Under the pieces are notes generated by a model, which did no database searches, was not told the DNA's origin, and saw only the letters and a list, made by a program, of their open reading frames with translations. A DNA stretch of 64,000 bases from a virus: IMG/VR virus record IMGVR_UViG_3300020051_000004, one strand, 5' to 3'. Position 1 is the stretch's first letter; every line of letters starts with the position of its first letter. Positions 1 to 9,079 of this stretch are shown here, piece after piece. Position numbers and translations under genes: made by a program.

Positions 1-300
1 TGTCACGAAGACGATGAAGGTGTGGAGCCTCTGCCAGCCGCACCCCTCTTTGATTACGGCGCGTGCCGCGATCGTATCCAAGGGTACGCGCCTCCCGCCC
101 CTCGCTCCTACTCGCCATCCTATGACATGGAAGAAGCGCCAGACATTAGCGAAGATGAAGATGAGGAAACCTTGAACGCCCTGCTTACCGCCTTTTGTGT
201 CAGCAAGCAGGGGCACGACTACAGCGGCGACATCTTGCCAAGTATGCGTTCGCGTGGCGCAATCTCCGCTGAATTGCGCTCTATGGGCTGTGAATGGTAA
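1..300 (+). CDS. Hypothetical acidic protein, 5'-truncated by window edge
   Basis: Frame is open from position 1 (CHEDDEGVEP...) to TAA at 298-300. Confidence 0.6.
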   Translation, partial: CHEDDEGVEPLPAAPLFDYGACRDRIQGYAPPAPRSYSPSYDMEEAPDISEDEDEETLNALLTAFCVSKQGHDYSGDILPSMRSRGAISAELRSMGCEW

Positions 301-386
301 GGATTATCAACCTATGCTTACTTTCTTACTTCTCGGCTTAGTTATCGGTCTCTTTTGTTTAGACTAACTTTTTATTTTTTATCGCC

Positions 387-557
387 ATGACTTCTCAAGA
401 ACTCATTCAAAACAAGGCATCGCCAAAAACCGTAATGCGCCAAGCATCGAAAGAAAAGGAGCTTGGCGTCATCAGCAAGGAGGAATATCAGCTTATCAAG
501 AAAGAGGTTTCTTCTCAGGATTATCAGAATTGGCTTGATGAGCGATTTGTTGAGTAA
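387..557 (+). CDS. Small hypothetical protein (56 aa, not in ORF track)
   Basis: ATG 387 to TAA 557, MTSQELIQNK...WLDERFVE; same strand as upstream gene. Confidence 0.55.
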   Translation: MTSQELIQNKASPKTVMRQASKEKELGVISKEEYQLIKKEVSSQDYQNWLDERFVE

Positions 558-1116
558 AGAAAGAAAACCCTTCACCCTAGCAGGTACCGCCCTCCTGCTA
601 AGGTAGCAACTAAGATGGCGCTAGCGCTGGAAGTGAGCGCGTGTCTAGTATGACTCAACGAAGGTACGCACTATTTCAAGATTTAGGTCATCAGCACATG
701 ATCGTAGTGCATGGCCATGACATACAAACGGCCCCTAAATGGGGCGGGTTTATTAGGTGGATAGGAAAACAAAGGCTAGGCCATGGCTCAGAGTATCGCC
801 TAGGTTAAACACCTACGCGCCTGCCCCTCCTCTTTAGGATAGACACCTAACAGGAGAGACTAGGGAAACTACTTACCAATTAGTGAATATTTAGGGATTT
901 TGACTAGGGGAGTTTCGGGGGCGGGGTCGTCTCCAATTACTGCCATTATTTTCACCACTCAAAGGTTCCAACCTTTATCCTCTCTCTATCTTACTCCTCA
1001 TAGTAACCACCTACCCTTTTGTGCAATATTTGGTTTCGCTTTCCCCAAAAAGGAAAAAGGGTTTTCAAAAAAAATGACGGGGCAATAAATTCCACAGATA
1101 TTCTCAAAAATGAGAA

Positions 1117-1635
1117 TCACAGCAGGACCACTTTACCCAAGTCTTCAAATGCTTCTTTAAATCCCTCTTTATCCAATCCCCAATAAACAACACAACAAGC
1201 CATTGGCGCTCCTTTTGGGTCTTCTTTCCCATTTATCCAAAACTTGAGCCGCGAATCTTTTAAGAAACAAATGGCCGTGCTAGTTTCCCATATCTTGTAA
1301 AAGTGCTTTGTGTTAGTAGCCACAGGAATCAGCAATAAAATTTGATTTTTGCGGCACGAAAAAGTTTCAATAGCCTTATTCACCCAATCTAGTAGAGAAG
1401 TCTTGTTGCTAGGATTTCTTCCATAGGGCGGGTTGCAAAATACATTCCCGAACCAATCATTTTTTAAGCCGTCATTTTGTGGCAAAACATATTTTGTCCC
1501 AGCATTGACAAGAGAAAATTCATTGGAACATGGGTCTAAATCAATGCGCCCGAATAATTTTTTTGCGGCGAAAATAATTTTTGGTGGAGTGTTCCAGTGC
1601 TTGGTTGTTGAATTGTTTTTTCGTCCTGCGCTCAT
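1117..1635 (-). CDS. Phage N6-adenine DNA methyltransferase (Dam-like)
   Basis: W-x-TP, DLDPC and VFCNPPYG catalytic motif, followed by LLIP. Confidence 0.85.
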   Translation of the reverse strand: MSAGRKNNSTTKHWNTPPKIIFAAKKLFGRIDLDPCSNEFSLVNAGTKYVLPQNDGLKNDWFGNVFCNPPYGRNPSNKTSLLDWVNKAIETFSCRKNQILLLIPVATNTKHFYKIWETSTAICFLKDSRLKFWINGKEDPKGAPMACCVVYWGLDKEGFKEAFEDLGKVVLL

Positions 1636-1642
1636 ATATTAT

Positions 1643-1670
1643 ACTATACTAAACTACAGGTTAAAGTCAA
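1643..1670 (-). promoter_or_regulatory. Sigma70-type promoter, near-leaderless
   Basis: Minus strand TTGACT-16 nt-TATAGT, 7 nt before ATG 1635. Confidence 0.6.
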
Positions 1671-1918
1671 ACACTTTTATGAGACAAAACTCCAATAAAA
1701 TCTTCGCCCGCACATTTTCTAGAGCAAAACACTGAGCACATTCCTTGTGAATTAACTACCCCGATCCAAGCGTCCGAATCTGAGCTACCTGCAAATCCAC
1801 AAGCGTCACATGATATAACAAACCCATTATCTACAAGATAATCTTGGTACAAACAATCCTTTTCGCACGCGCAAGCTTTATTTACGCATAAACATTCGCA
1901 GTTTGGGAATTCGGGCAT
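1667..1918 (-). CDS. Cys-rich hypothetical protein
   Basis: ORF in tightly packed minus-strand run; several CxxC pairs. Confidence 0.6.
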   Translation of the reverse strand: MPEFPNCECLCVNKACACEKDCLYQDYLVDNGFVISCDACGFAGSSDSDAWIGVVNSQGMCSVFCSRKCAGEDFIGVLSHKSV

Positions 1919-2099
1919 GATTTATTTTGCGGCGATTAAATTTTCTACGAGCATATTATTTCCCAGTCTAAACGTTTCCACCTCACAATTCTCGCAATAA
2001 ATCCACAATTCTATGCCGCCGTTTTGCTCTAAAATCTCGAAAGATGAGCATTCACAATCACAGTCTGGGCACGTAGTATTTAAATCCATAATCAACAAA

Positions 2100-2390
2100 T
2101 TACTTGTCTTTTGCAAGCGACCAAAACACATCCCAAAAACCATAACACCCCAAATCCAAATCCTTCAATCCATACCGATGGGCCATCATGAATCTATGCT
2201 GGGCTTCATCTGTAGCAAGATAAAACCCATTGGAGGCGCAATCATTGCAAGCTTTAGCGATTTTTTCACTAGCTTCATAAAAAACTAAATTATTTGCGGC
2301 GCAAAATATTTTTAGCCGCGCCAATCTTTTTTCTTCGGCGGCAAGCCATTCGTTTAGGGATTTAAACATTGTCATATTTTTCTCGCCCAA
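2100..2390 (-). CDS. Hypothetical protein
   Basis: Packed minus-strand ORF; start may be a downstream Met. Confidence 0.55.
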   Translation of the reverse strand: MGEKNMTMFKSLNEWLAAEEKRLARLKIFCAANNLVFYEASEKIAKACNDCASNGFYLATDEAQHRFMMAHRYGLKDLDLGCYGFWDVFWSLAKDK

Positions 2391-2635
2391 TTAGTTAAAT
2401 CACTCAATCTCTCCGCCTGAGAATACACTTTCAATATTCCAAAAGAGAAACAATCTTCCGTAATTTCTTTCCCAAGATTACTGCGGCCAAATTCGTCTAA
2501 ACTAGCAACTGGTCCATTATAAGGTCTTTCAATGATTGTTGAATGTTTTGGAGAGTGTCGGAAAACTTTTTCGGCGGCAAAATAAATATAATTTTCCCCG
2601 TCAACCTCGCATAGTTTGTTTGTGTCGCTACGCAT
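2372..2635 (-). CDS. Hypothetical protein
   Basis: Start overlaps the stop of the upstream phosphatase gene. Confidence 0.6.
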   Translation of the reverse strand: MRSDTNKLCEVDGENYIYFAAEKVFRHSPKHSTIIERPYNGPVASLDEFGRSNLGKEITEDCFSFGILKVYSQAERLSDLTNWARKI

Positions 2636-3068
2636 AATAATACTCCTCCATCATTCTCAAGAGTAGTTTATTTGGCCGCGCATTTTCTTTGAAGTATGTT
2701 AGCCACTCGTAACCCATGTGTTTTTCCAAGAACGCGCAAACCGCGCCGCTTCTAGAAACTCCAGCGGCACAATTAACTAGAATGTTGCGGCCCTTATTTT
2801 TTACGAGAAAGTCAACTATTGTGGCAGCATCTTTTTCTGTTGGCGGATAGAGAATGGTTCCATATCCGTCTAATAATGGAACAGCCTCAGTCAAATCCCA
2901 AAACTGGATTTTCAAATTAGGCACTCCGTCTAGCCAGTTGTTAATGACAATCGAGCTTTTATCGTCTGGCTCTCCAATGGAAACCCAAGCAACGTCTTTC
3001 TTCTTCCAGTCTTCGCCGCCAATAAATTCTTGGGCAGCGGCTCTTAGTAGGTTGGCGGTTTTAGGCAT
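2628..3068 (-). CDS. Protein tyrosine / dual-specificity phosphatase-like protein
   Basis: CX5R motif VNCAAGVSRS; upstream SIGEP and F-x-D motifs; C-terminal PN motif. Confidence 0.8.
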   Translation of the reverse strand: MPKTANLLRAAAQEFIGGEDWKKKDVAWVSIGEPDDKSSIVINNWLDGVPNLKIQFWDLTEAVPLLDGYGTILYPPTEKDAATIVDFLVKNKGRNILVNCAAGVSRSGAVCAFLEKHMGYEWLTYFKENARPNKLLLRMMEEYYYA

Positions 3069-3090
3069 AAGTTAACTTGCGAGTTTAATT

Positions 3091-3291
3091 TTAAAGTGGC
3101 ACTTTAGTTTGTTGTTTCAAAAGATACTTATCGTTCGGCCAATACCAAGTGCAACCGTTTTTACTACAAAACCCACGATTTTGGTAGTGGTCTTTCATGA
3201 GTTCTCCGCAGTTGCATTTGATTCGGCGGTATTTTTTGTTGAATGCTTCGTCGGCGTCACTTGTTTTAGGCTTGTCAAATGGGTTAACCAT
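3091..3291 (-). CDS. Small Cys/His hypothetical protein
   Basis: CxC...H...C...C pattern; coupled to upstream ORF. Confidence 0.55.
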   Translation of the reverse strand: MVNPFDKPKTSDADEAFNKKYRRIKCNCGELMKDHYQNRGFCSKNGCTWYWPNDKYLLKQQTKVPL

Positions 3292-3736
3292 AATTTGCTA
3301 TTTGCTTAGCTTCTTGCTTTGATATATTTTTGAATTTCAATCCTTCGTTCTTCCTCTCCGCAATGTAGAAAGAGTGGTATCTGCCAAACTCTATTTGGGG
3401 TTTCCACGCTAATTTATCTCCGCTCATTTCGTAGTAGTGATTGCCTTTTTCATCTCTAAGCACTAAAGCCCTTTTTATCAAATGATTAAGCCTTTGAATT
3501 TTTATAGAAGGTGGCGCTTGCGCTGCAAATAGTCTTCTATACTCTTCGTCGCAAGTTTTTCGCTTATTCAACGGGTGATCGTCGCTCCATTCTCCAATAT
3601 CTTTCTCCTCAATAGATTTAATTTGAGGCGAAATGCGGTCATTAGCGTATCTTGCTCTTTTAAATTCTTCGATGACAGAATCTCGACCTATTTCGTCAAG
3701 GTCAATTATTAGGATTTCTAGTCTGTAAGCTTTCAT
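3284..3736 (-). CDS. Hypothetical phage protein
   Basis: ATGA overlap with upstream ORF. Confidence 0.65.
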   Translation of the reverse strand: MKAYRLEILIIDLDEIGRDSVIEEFKRARYANDRISPQIKSIEEKDIGEWSDDHPLNKRKTCDEEYRRLFAAQAPPSIKIQRLNHLIKRALVLRDEKGNHYYEMSGDKLAWKPQIEFGRYHSFYIAERKNEGLKFKNISKQEAKQIANYG

Positions 3737-4095
3737 AGCTCAATTTCCTCTAATTTAGTTAAGAATGCGAATGGCTGTAGAATCGGCGCAGCATGTTCTT
3801 TCGTAGAATACTCTTCAAATGAACATAACGTTTCTACGCAGCGGTCCAATGTTTCTATTGAGTTGTCCTTAAAACTTTTCTCAACTTTGCACCGTAAAGA
3901 TAATTTCGGATTCGCTGGATATGCCATCATCCATTGACATAAAACAAAACCATCTTGAGATACGTCACAGGACAGCATCGTAAATCCAAATGGCTTACAC
4001 CATCTTTCATTCTTAGCTAAGTCGGGCTGGCGATAGCCCATCATTTTTAAAGCCTTGTTGATTAGGGTTTTTAGTTCTGCGTGTTTTTCGTTCAT
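3733..4095 (-). CDS. Hypothetical protein
   Basis: ATGA overlaps on both sides. Confidence 0.65.
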   Translation of the reverse strand: MNEKHAELKTLINKALKMMGYRQPDLAKNERWCKPFGFTMLSCDVSQDGFVLCQWMMAYPANPKLSLRCKVEKSFKDNSIETLDRCVETLCSFEEYSTKEHAAPILQPFAFLTKLEEIEL

Positions 4096-4427
4096 AGGTT
4101 TTCTAATTTTTCAATCAATTGCTCCCAATGTTGTTTGGGCATTTCTGGATCATTTTCTGGGTCGCTCATTGTTAGTTCTTCGCGGCAAATTTCAAGCATT
4201 TTTTGGCGCAAATCTTCACCGTCCCATTCTATTAAAGAAAAGAAAGAATCAAATGGCCCAAACTCTAGACCCGAATGGCAATACCCGTCGTGTTTTAGAT
4301 GCCAATTAATTTCCTCAGTCAAAACATTAAGCTCGCCAAGGAATTGCCAATAGTGGTCGCAACTTTTATGATAGCTAGCGACAATTTGCGGCCAAAGGTC
4401 TAATAGGGTTTTGAGTTTAGGGTTCAT
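4092..4427 (-). CDS. Hypothetical protein
   Basis: Coupled minus-strand ORF. Confidence 0.65.
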   Translation of the reverse strand: MNPKLKTLLDLWPQIVASYHKSCDHYWQFLGELNVLTEEINWHLKHDGYCHSGLEFGPFDSFFSLIEWDGEDLRQKMLEICREELTMSDPENDPEMPKQHWEQLIEKLENL

Positions 4428-4722
4428 TTTTTACAAACAATTCTCCGCGCAGCAGTTCGTCTGCTTTCCCAATATGGAATTTAGCGCTATATCCGTGCTT
4501 GTATCCATGATTATAAGAATTGGCTAACCTTTCTTCAACGCACTCAATAATAAACCTTGGGTCACAGGTTGGGCTGTTGATTTTTCCTCCTGTCACAGAC
4601 GAGTAAACCTCTGGAATATTATCGAGCAAAAATTTGTATTCATAAAGCAACTGTTTAATTTCGTCGTCGCATTTTGGTAGAATTGACTCGATTCTTTCTT
4701 GGAATTGTTGGTTTTTGGTCAT
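4417..4722 (-). CDS. Hypothetical protein
   Basis: Coupled minus-strand ORF. Confidence 0.65.
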   Translation of the reverse strand: MTKNQQFQERIESILPKCDDEIKQLLYEYKFLLDNIPEVYSSVTGGKINSPTCDPRFIIECVEERLANSYNHGYKHGYSAKFHIGKADELLRGELFVKNEP

Positions 4723-4725
4723 GTG

Positions 4726-5019
4726 TTATCGAATAAAATGTCCGTCGTAATTTTGTTGGGCGCTACTTTGTCCATCATCATATCCAGCACTGTATTCCGC
4801 CTCAACCAAGGCGTCAACTTCTTTTTGGTTATAAAGATTAGAGCCGTCTGTCCATTGTTTTTTCAGGCGCAAATTAAAAATCTCAACTTCTGTTTCGGCG
4901 TATTCCATGCGCGAGTAAAGTTCATCTATAAAGTCGCTAGTCTCTTGACTCCATTCGGGCAAAAGTTTGTTTCGCTTGGCGCAGAGTTCTAGTACGGAGG
5001 ATTTTATTGGTTTAGTCAT
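4726..5019 (-). CDS. Hypothetical protein
   Basis: ORF preceded by TTGACA-16 nt-TAAACT on the minus strand (about 5034-5061). Confidence 0.65.
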   Translation of the reverse strand: MTKPIKSSVLELCAKRNKLLPEWSQETSDFIDELYSRMEYAETEVEIFNLRLKKQWTDGSNLYNQKEVDALVEAEYSAGYDDGQSSAQQNYDGHFIR

Positions 5020-5057
5020 AAGTTTGTTTTGCTAGTTTAGCATATACTACGTCTTTG

Positions 5058-5912
5058 TCAAGGCGTTAATTCATTCGCCAGTTCCAATAAGATTCTTCCG
5101 TGGCAATCTTCTCTGGGAAAAGAACACCAGCATCCGACCGTCTTATTTTTTAGTTCATGAATATGGTCAAGAATCCACTGACGGCGCTCTTGTTTTGCGT
5201 TGCCATTCCCGAAATTATTTCCAGTTTTAAGCCATGATTCGTATTTTTCTATAACCTCTTTCCTGTTTCCGTCATATCCAATGGAGAAAGGATTTCCATA
5301 TCCCCATGAATAACCAGTTTTTGGCCTTCCTATATATACGTCAAAAGGAGCTTTTTTGCAGTGAACGATATTTAATTGGTTCATATTGATATTTTCTGAA
5401 TTAGAGGGAGAAATACAAAGTTTGTCTGTCACATGTTTCCATGAAATTCCGAGTCTGATATTAACAACGGATGTTCTGTTTATTCCGAACTTAGCCATCA
5501 AATCACAAGTTCGTTCGGTGGATTGAAAAATTTCTTTAACTTGGTCCTCGGTTAATTTTGATGATAAACATTTTTCGCCTCTGTTTCCAGTTCCGTGAAC
5601 AAATTGATCTTGCTTGTTTTCTTTCTTGGTTCCCCATGCTAAATTATTAATATGGTTGTTATGAGGATTGCCATCTAAATGTCTGCATTCGTGCTGATTC
5701 GTAGGCGGAAATCCTACGTACGCAAACAGAACCAGCCTGTGTAAATTGATGTTTTTAACCTTTTGATCTTGGTAAACTTTAACTTCTACATAGGTTTTCT
5801 TATATGAAAGTTTTCTTTTTCTCCACTCTTTTCCATTGCTATGTCTTTTGGAAAAGAGTTGTCCATCTTCCGTTATGTGGTAGCCAGGAAAACCTGGAAT
5901 ATTATCAGTCAT
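5058..5912 (-). CDS. HNH homing endonuclease fused in frame to a DUF4326-like domain
   Basis: N-half IPGFPGY, LHRLV, CRHLDGNPHNNHINNLAWGT (HNH); C-half VYIGRP, GNPF, GCWC, CHG (DUF4326-like); internal Met at 5384. Confidence 0.75.
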   Translation of the reverse strand: MTDNIPGFPGYHITEDGQLFSKRHSNGKEWRKRKLSYKKTYVEVKVYQDQKVKNINLHRLVLFAYVGFPPTNQHECRHLDGNPHNNHINNLAWGTKKENKQDQFVHGTGNRGEKCLSSKLTEDQVKEIFQSTERTCDLMAKFGINRTSVVNIRLGISWKHVTDKLCISPSNSENINMNQLNIVHCKKAPFDVYIGRPKTGYSWGYGNPFSIGYDGNRKEVIEKYESWLKTGNNFGNGNAKQERRQWILDHIHELKNKTVGCWCSFPREDCHGRILLELANELTP

Positions 5913-6636
5913 TAATTTGAATAGCTAGGGATTTATATATTCTGTCCGCATCTGCCGCGTAAAAACCGCTCGTTTCTAAAAAGTTAATTTCTACTAATCC
6001 ATACGACCCGTCCGAGCGTTGCCCAATATCAATAGTGAGATTATCTTCGGGCGAAAAATAACTATTGGCGCGAATGGTTTTCGCGAAAGTTTTTAATTCC
6101 TCTGTTATATTTCTTTGGCCCGCCTCGTCAAGAATTTCTCCCTCGTACATGTAATCAGAGATTCCAACAAGCTCCTGCCCCACAAACAAACACCTCCACT
6201 CGCGGCCAATCCATTTTGGATCAGCAACAAAAGCCAAAATCTTTTCGCCGTTCTTTTGTTTTAGGTAATTAAATTCTTCGCGCCATTTTTCTTTAGAATA
6301 AACTTGGCCCGCAAAAAGTTTTTTACAAGAGTCGGGGCGAATAAAAAGCGGCCAATTGATTTGCCAATCCAAGATTCTTTCTGGAACGTCCCACCAAAAG
6401 TTTTTGCTAATCATGTGCTTATGTAAGTGAGGAACCCAATTCCTACAATCGAACCGCGATAAATTATGCCCGAGTCTAGTTGCTTTAGCCACAGCGCCGC
6501 GAAAAGCAAATGGAACAGTTGGAGTGCAAATGTCCCACGCATGATCGTATTCAGAAATTTTAAAATATTTACCAGCAATTTCCTTTTCCTCGTCAGGGAA
6601 AATATTTGGTTGCCAGATTAGGAGAGGTTTAGTCAT
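5905..6636 (-). CDS. ATP-grasp domain protein (R2K/DUF4343-like)
   Basis: FIRPDS..K.FAGQV, EWR, TIDIG and LVEIN...SGFY motifs. Confidence 0.75.
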   Translation of the reverse strand: MTKPLLIWQPNIFPDEEKEIAGKYFKISEYDHAWDICTPTVPFAFRGAVAKATRLGHNLSRFDCRNWVPHLHKHMISKNFWWDVPERILDWQINWPLFIRPDSCKKLFAGQVYSKEKWREEFNYLKQKNGEKILAFVADPKWIGREWRCLFVGQELVGISDYMYEGEILDEAGQRNITEELKTFAKTIRANSYFSPEDNLTIDIGQRSDGSYGLVEINFLETSGFYAADADRIYKSLAIQIND

Positions 6637-6637
6637 A

Positions 6638-6817
6638 TTAGTTTAATAAGCCGTGCTCTAATTCAATGATCATGTTTTCTATCTGCTCAAATTTGCCAGA
6701 ATTCAACAAATCAATTGGCCGCGCATCAAAAACTTTGTTGTGCTTATTTAGCCAGTTTTGAGCGGCGGCTGGGTCAAACAATTCGTCGAGGCGTGAGATT
6801 AGCTCTTGTTTAGACAT
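6638..6817 (-). CDS. Stand-alone MbcA/ParS/Xre antitoxin C-terminal (DUF2384-like) domain, 59 aa, not in ORF track
   Basis: MSKQELISRLDELFDPAAAQNWLNKHNKVFDARPIDLLNSGKFEQIENMIIELEHGLLN; fills the gap between neighbours exactly. Confidence 0.7.
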   Translation of the reverse strand: MSKQELISRLDELFDPAAAQNWLNKHNKVFDARPIDLLNSGKFEQIENMIIELEHGLLN

Positions 6818-6827
6818 TAGTAAATTT

Positions 6828-7133
6828 CTACTTTTTTTTGCAGAACTCGATTATTTTGTCCCACGCTTGTTGACTTGAAACATTTGGGTTGATGTCTGAC
6901 TCTAAATCTGGAACTGGCTCTGGTGGTTGAGAAGTTTCTTTTGGCGGCGAAAGTTTTTCTTCTGCTATTAAAGCGCTAAAACTCTCCACGCACGGAACGC
7001 ATATGTGAATATGTTGCCCGCGATTCCTAAAAGAATAGAAGGTGATGATTTTTTCAGTATTGGGCGCGATTTCTTTGTCGCATCCACGGCAAAAGCAGGT
7101 TCTTTGGGCGGGGCGGAATTGTATGTCTCTCAT
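6828..7133 (-). CDS. Zinc-finger hypothetical protein
   Basis: CRGC...HICVPC. Confidence 0.65.
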   Translation of the reverse strand: MRDIQFRPAQRTCFCRGCDKEIAPNTEKIITFYSFRNRGQHIHICVPCVESFSALIAEEKLSPPKETSQPPEPVPDLESDINPNVSSQQAWDKIIEFCKKK

Positions 7134-7339
7134 GGGTTTTTGTCTGAATACATAAGGTTATCGCAAAAATATTCAACTTCAAGATTTAGATTTCCAATGC
7201 AAGAAGATGCGTTTTCGCTCATTAGCTTTGCGTTTTGACAGCAAACTCGTAACTGTTTGCCGCTTTTAGGGTCGGTAAAAACGATTTTAAAATACGAGAG
7301 GTCTTTGTCCAATTGATTTGATAGTGTTTTTAGTGTCAT
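7130..7339 (-). CDS. Hypothetical protein
   Basis: Coupled ORF. Confidence 0.55.
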   Translation of the reverse strand: MTLKTLSNQLDKDLSYFKIVFTDPKSGKQLRVCCQNAKLMSENASSCIGNLNLEVEYFCDNLMYSDKNP

Positions 7340-7482
7340 ATTACTTTAGATTATCTCTTAGTCCTAACTTGTCAAGCACTTGTTTTTGTTCTCCGCGAGT
7401 TAATCCAAAAGATTTTAAGTATTTTCTTGCGGATTTCCAAGATTTAGGGATTTTGTCTTTGATTGAGGGGTGAGGGTTCATT

Positions 7483-7758
7483 CTACCAAAGGCTGTAGTC
7501 AACTGTCCTATCTTTAATGAATTCAAGTGTCTTGTTCTCTTTATCCTCTTTATCCTCTTCCCATTCTTCATAAAAGGCGGGATATGGTCCACAGGTTCCT
7601 ATTTTCGACCTTTCTAGTTCGCACGTTCTAATTCTTTGTTCGCCGTCAACTGGGCTTTGAATTATCCATGGGTTATAGCAGTTGAATTTTACTGTTGATC
7701 CATAACTTCCGTAGGTGTTTGCGCGGGAGTGTTTGCAGTTGATGCAGAAAAGTTTCAT
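7483..7758 (-). CDS. Cys-containing hypothetical protein
   Basis: CINCKH...C...C...CGP pattern. Confidence 0.6.
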   Translation of the reverse strand: MKLFCINCKHSRANTYGSYGSTVKFNCYNPWIIQSPVDGEQRIRTCELERSKIGTCGPYPAFYEEWEEDKEDKENKTLEFIKDRTVDYSLW

Positions 7759-7782
7759 CTTGTTTTTACGATTGTCTATACA

Positions 7783-8202
7783 TTAACTTGCAGTTTTTGC
7801 GATGTTTTGTGTTGTTCTATGTTTATCTTGCCACTTATAATAATTCTCAAACAAAGTCATCATTATTTCAAAATCCTGAAGGACACAGATGTTCACTCCA
7901 TTAGAACAATAATCCGTGAGTGACCTATGAGTATGAATCTCAAGAATATCTTTGCTGCATCTGCTTTGATCGTTGAAGCTCTTGAGAAGAGTGTCGAAAT
8001 GCTCTTGCAGTTGCCAATCCAATCTGACCATTTTGCCGTTTGCACAAAGGTTAGCCTTGCTAGTTTGCTTGAGTAGCATAGCTAGATAATCCAACTGAAC
8101 TTCTGGTCGGTATTTGTGTAGTTGCTTTTTGTCAAAATTTAGAATGCGACAATCGCCGCCTTTGCGATAGCGGATTTTAAATGGTTTTGATTTTTTGGTC
8201 AT
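7783..8202 (-). CDS. Hypothetical protein
   Basis: Packed minus-strand ORF. Confidence 0.6.
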   Translation of the reverse strand: MTKKSKPFKIRYRKGGDCRILNFDKKQLHKYRPEVQLDYLAMLLKQTSKANLCANGKMVRLDWQLQEHFDTLLKSFNDQSRCSKDILEIHTHRSLTDYCSNGVNICVLQDFEIMMTLFENYYKWQDKHRTTQNIAKTAS

Positions 8203-8205
8203 AAA

Positions 8206-8487
8206 TTACTCTCCATAGTATTGCCATAGAACAGCGTTGCATTCGCAATGGACTGCTCCAATGGTTAGTCCAGTATCATGGTTGTGATGCAAGTGAACGG
8301 GCCACTTAAAGAAGTCTTTCGGGAAAAGGGTCTTGTTTATGCGCCTCCCTTTTGCGAAATCTCCAGCAGGACCAGAAAGCGGCGCTTTACATTCGGCGCA
8401 TAGACCGTTTTGAATTTCAATGTATTTATTGCGAACGGCACGTCGTCCATTTGCGTCTAGGTGGTTGTAGTTAACTGGTAGGTCCAT
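8206..8487 (-). CDS. Endonuclease VII-like His-Me finger protein
   Basis: QNGLCAEC...HLHHNHDTG..IGAVHCECN. Confidence 0.7.
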   Translation of the reverse strand: MDLPVNYNHLDANGRRAVRNKYIEIQNGLCAECKAPLSGPAGDFAKGRRINKTLFPKDFFKWPVHLHHNHDTGLTIGAVHCECNAVLWQYYGE

Positions 8488-8489
8488 CG

Positions 8490-8792
8490 TTATCGAGAAA
8501 ATTTACTAGCCAATTCAAGATACTTATTGAAACGAGACTCTTCAACAGCATCCTCGCGAATCTCCATTTGATACCTTAATTCTCTAGCTGCAACTGGGTG
8601 GCATATCATATGGTTTCCGTATAGCAAAAAATCTTTTCGCGGGCGGGTTTTAAAATTGTTTGGCCGTTTCTGCCATTTCTTTTTAATTCTCTTTTTCTTG
8701 CTTCTGGGAAAGCGGAATTGGTAGGTTTCGGTCATTGATTGAGATTCAATGATTTGGAAACCGCCGAAGCTGTTGTAGTCTGTCTCGCTCAT
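8490..8792 (-). CDS. Hypothetical protein with basic patch
   Basis: Likely start ATG 8792 (TAATG overlap with upstream ORF); FRFPRSKKKRIKKKW. Confidence 0.6.
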   Translation of the reverse strand: MSETDYNSFGGFQIIESQSMTETYQFRFPRSKKKRIKKKWQKRPNNFKTRPRKDFLLYGNHMICHPVAARELRYQMEIREDAVEESRFNKYLELASKFSR

Positions 8793-8956
8793 TACATCCA
8801 CTCCTCTGCAAAAGTAAATTTTGTGCCGTCATTAGATAAAACACAGTAATCTATCGACTCAAACTTACCATCGCAGTTTCTAAAGTAAACTGGAAGGTCT
8901 TTTTCTTCGCTCTCGATCATTCGGTCGATGTATTTTTTTAGCTCTGATAGTTTCAT
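8792..8956 (-). CDS. Small hypothetical protein (54 aa, not in ORF track)
   Basis: MKLSELKKYIDRMI...AEEWM; TAATG coupling to next gene. Confidence 0.55.
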   Translation of the reverse strand: MKLSELKKYIDRMIESEEKDLPVYFRNCDGKFESIDYCVLSNDGTKFTFAEEWM

Positions 8957-8958
8957 AT

Positions 8959-9078
8959 TTAATTTTCTTTAATTTCGCGCTTGGAGTTTTGCCTCTCTTT
9001 CTTCCAGAATACTCTTTTCCATTCTCGAAGATGTTTCCACCATTGGGGTGGAGCGGTTAGTTTGCTTTTTGAGGCCAT
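8959..9078 (-). CDS. Small basic Trp-rich protein (39 aa, not in ORF track)
   Basis: MASKSKLTAPPQWWKHLREWKRVFWKKER; fills intergenic gap. Confidence 0.5.
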   Translation of the reverse strand: MASKSKLTAPPQWWKHLREWKRVFWKKERQNSKREIKEN

Positions 9079-9079
9079 A

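Noticed and set aside
372-1088. Track ORFs 372..575 (-) and 900..1088 (+)
   Set aside because: The first is antisense to the better 387..557 ORF; the second has a TTG start and low-complexity content in a non-coding region
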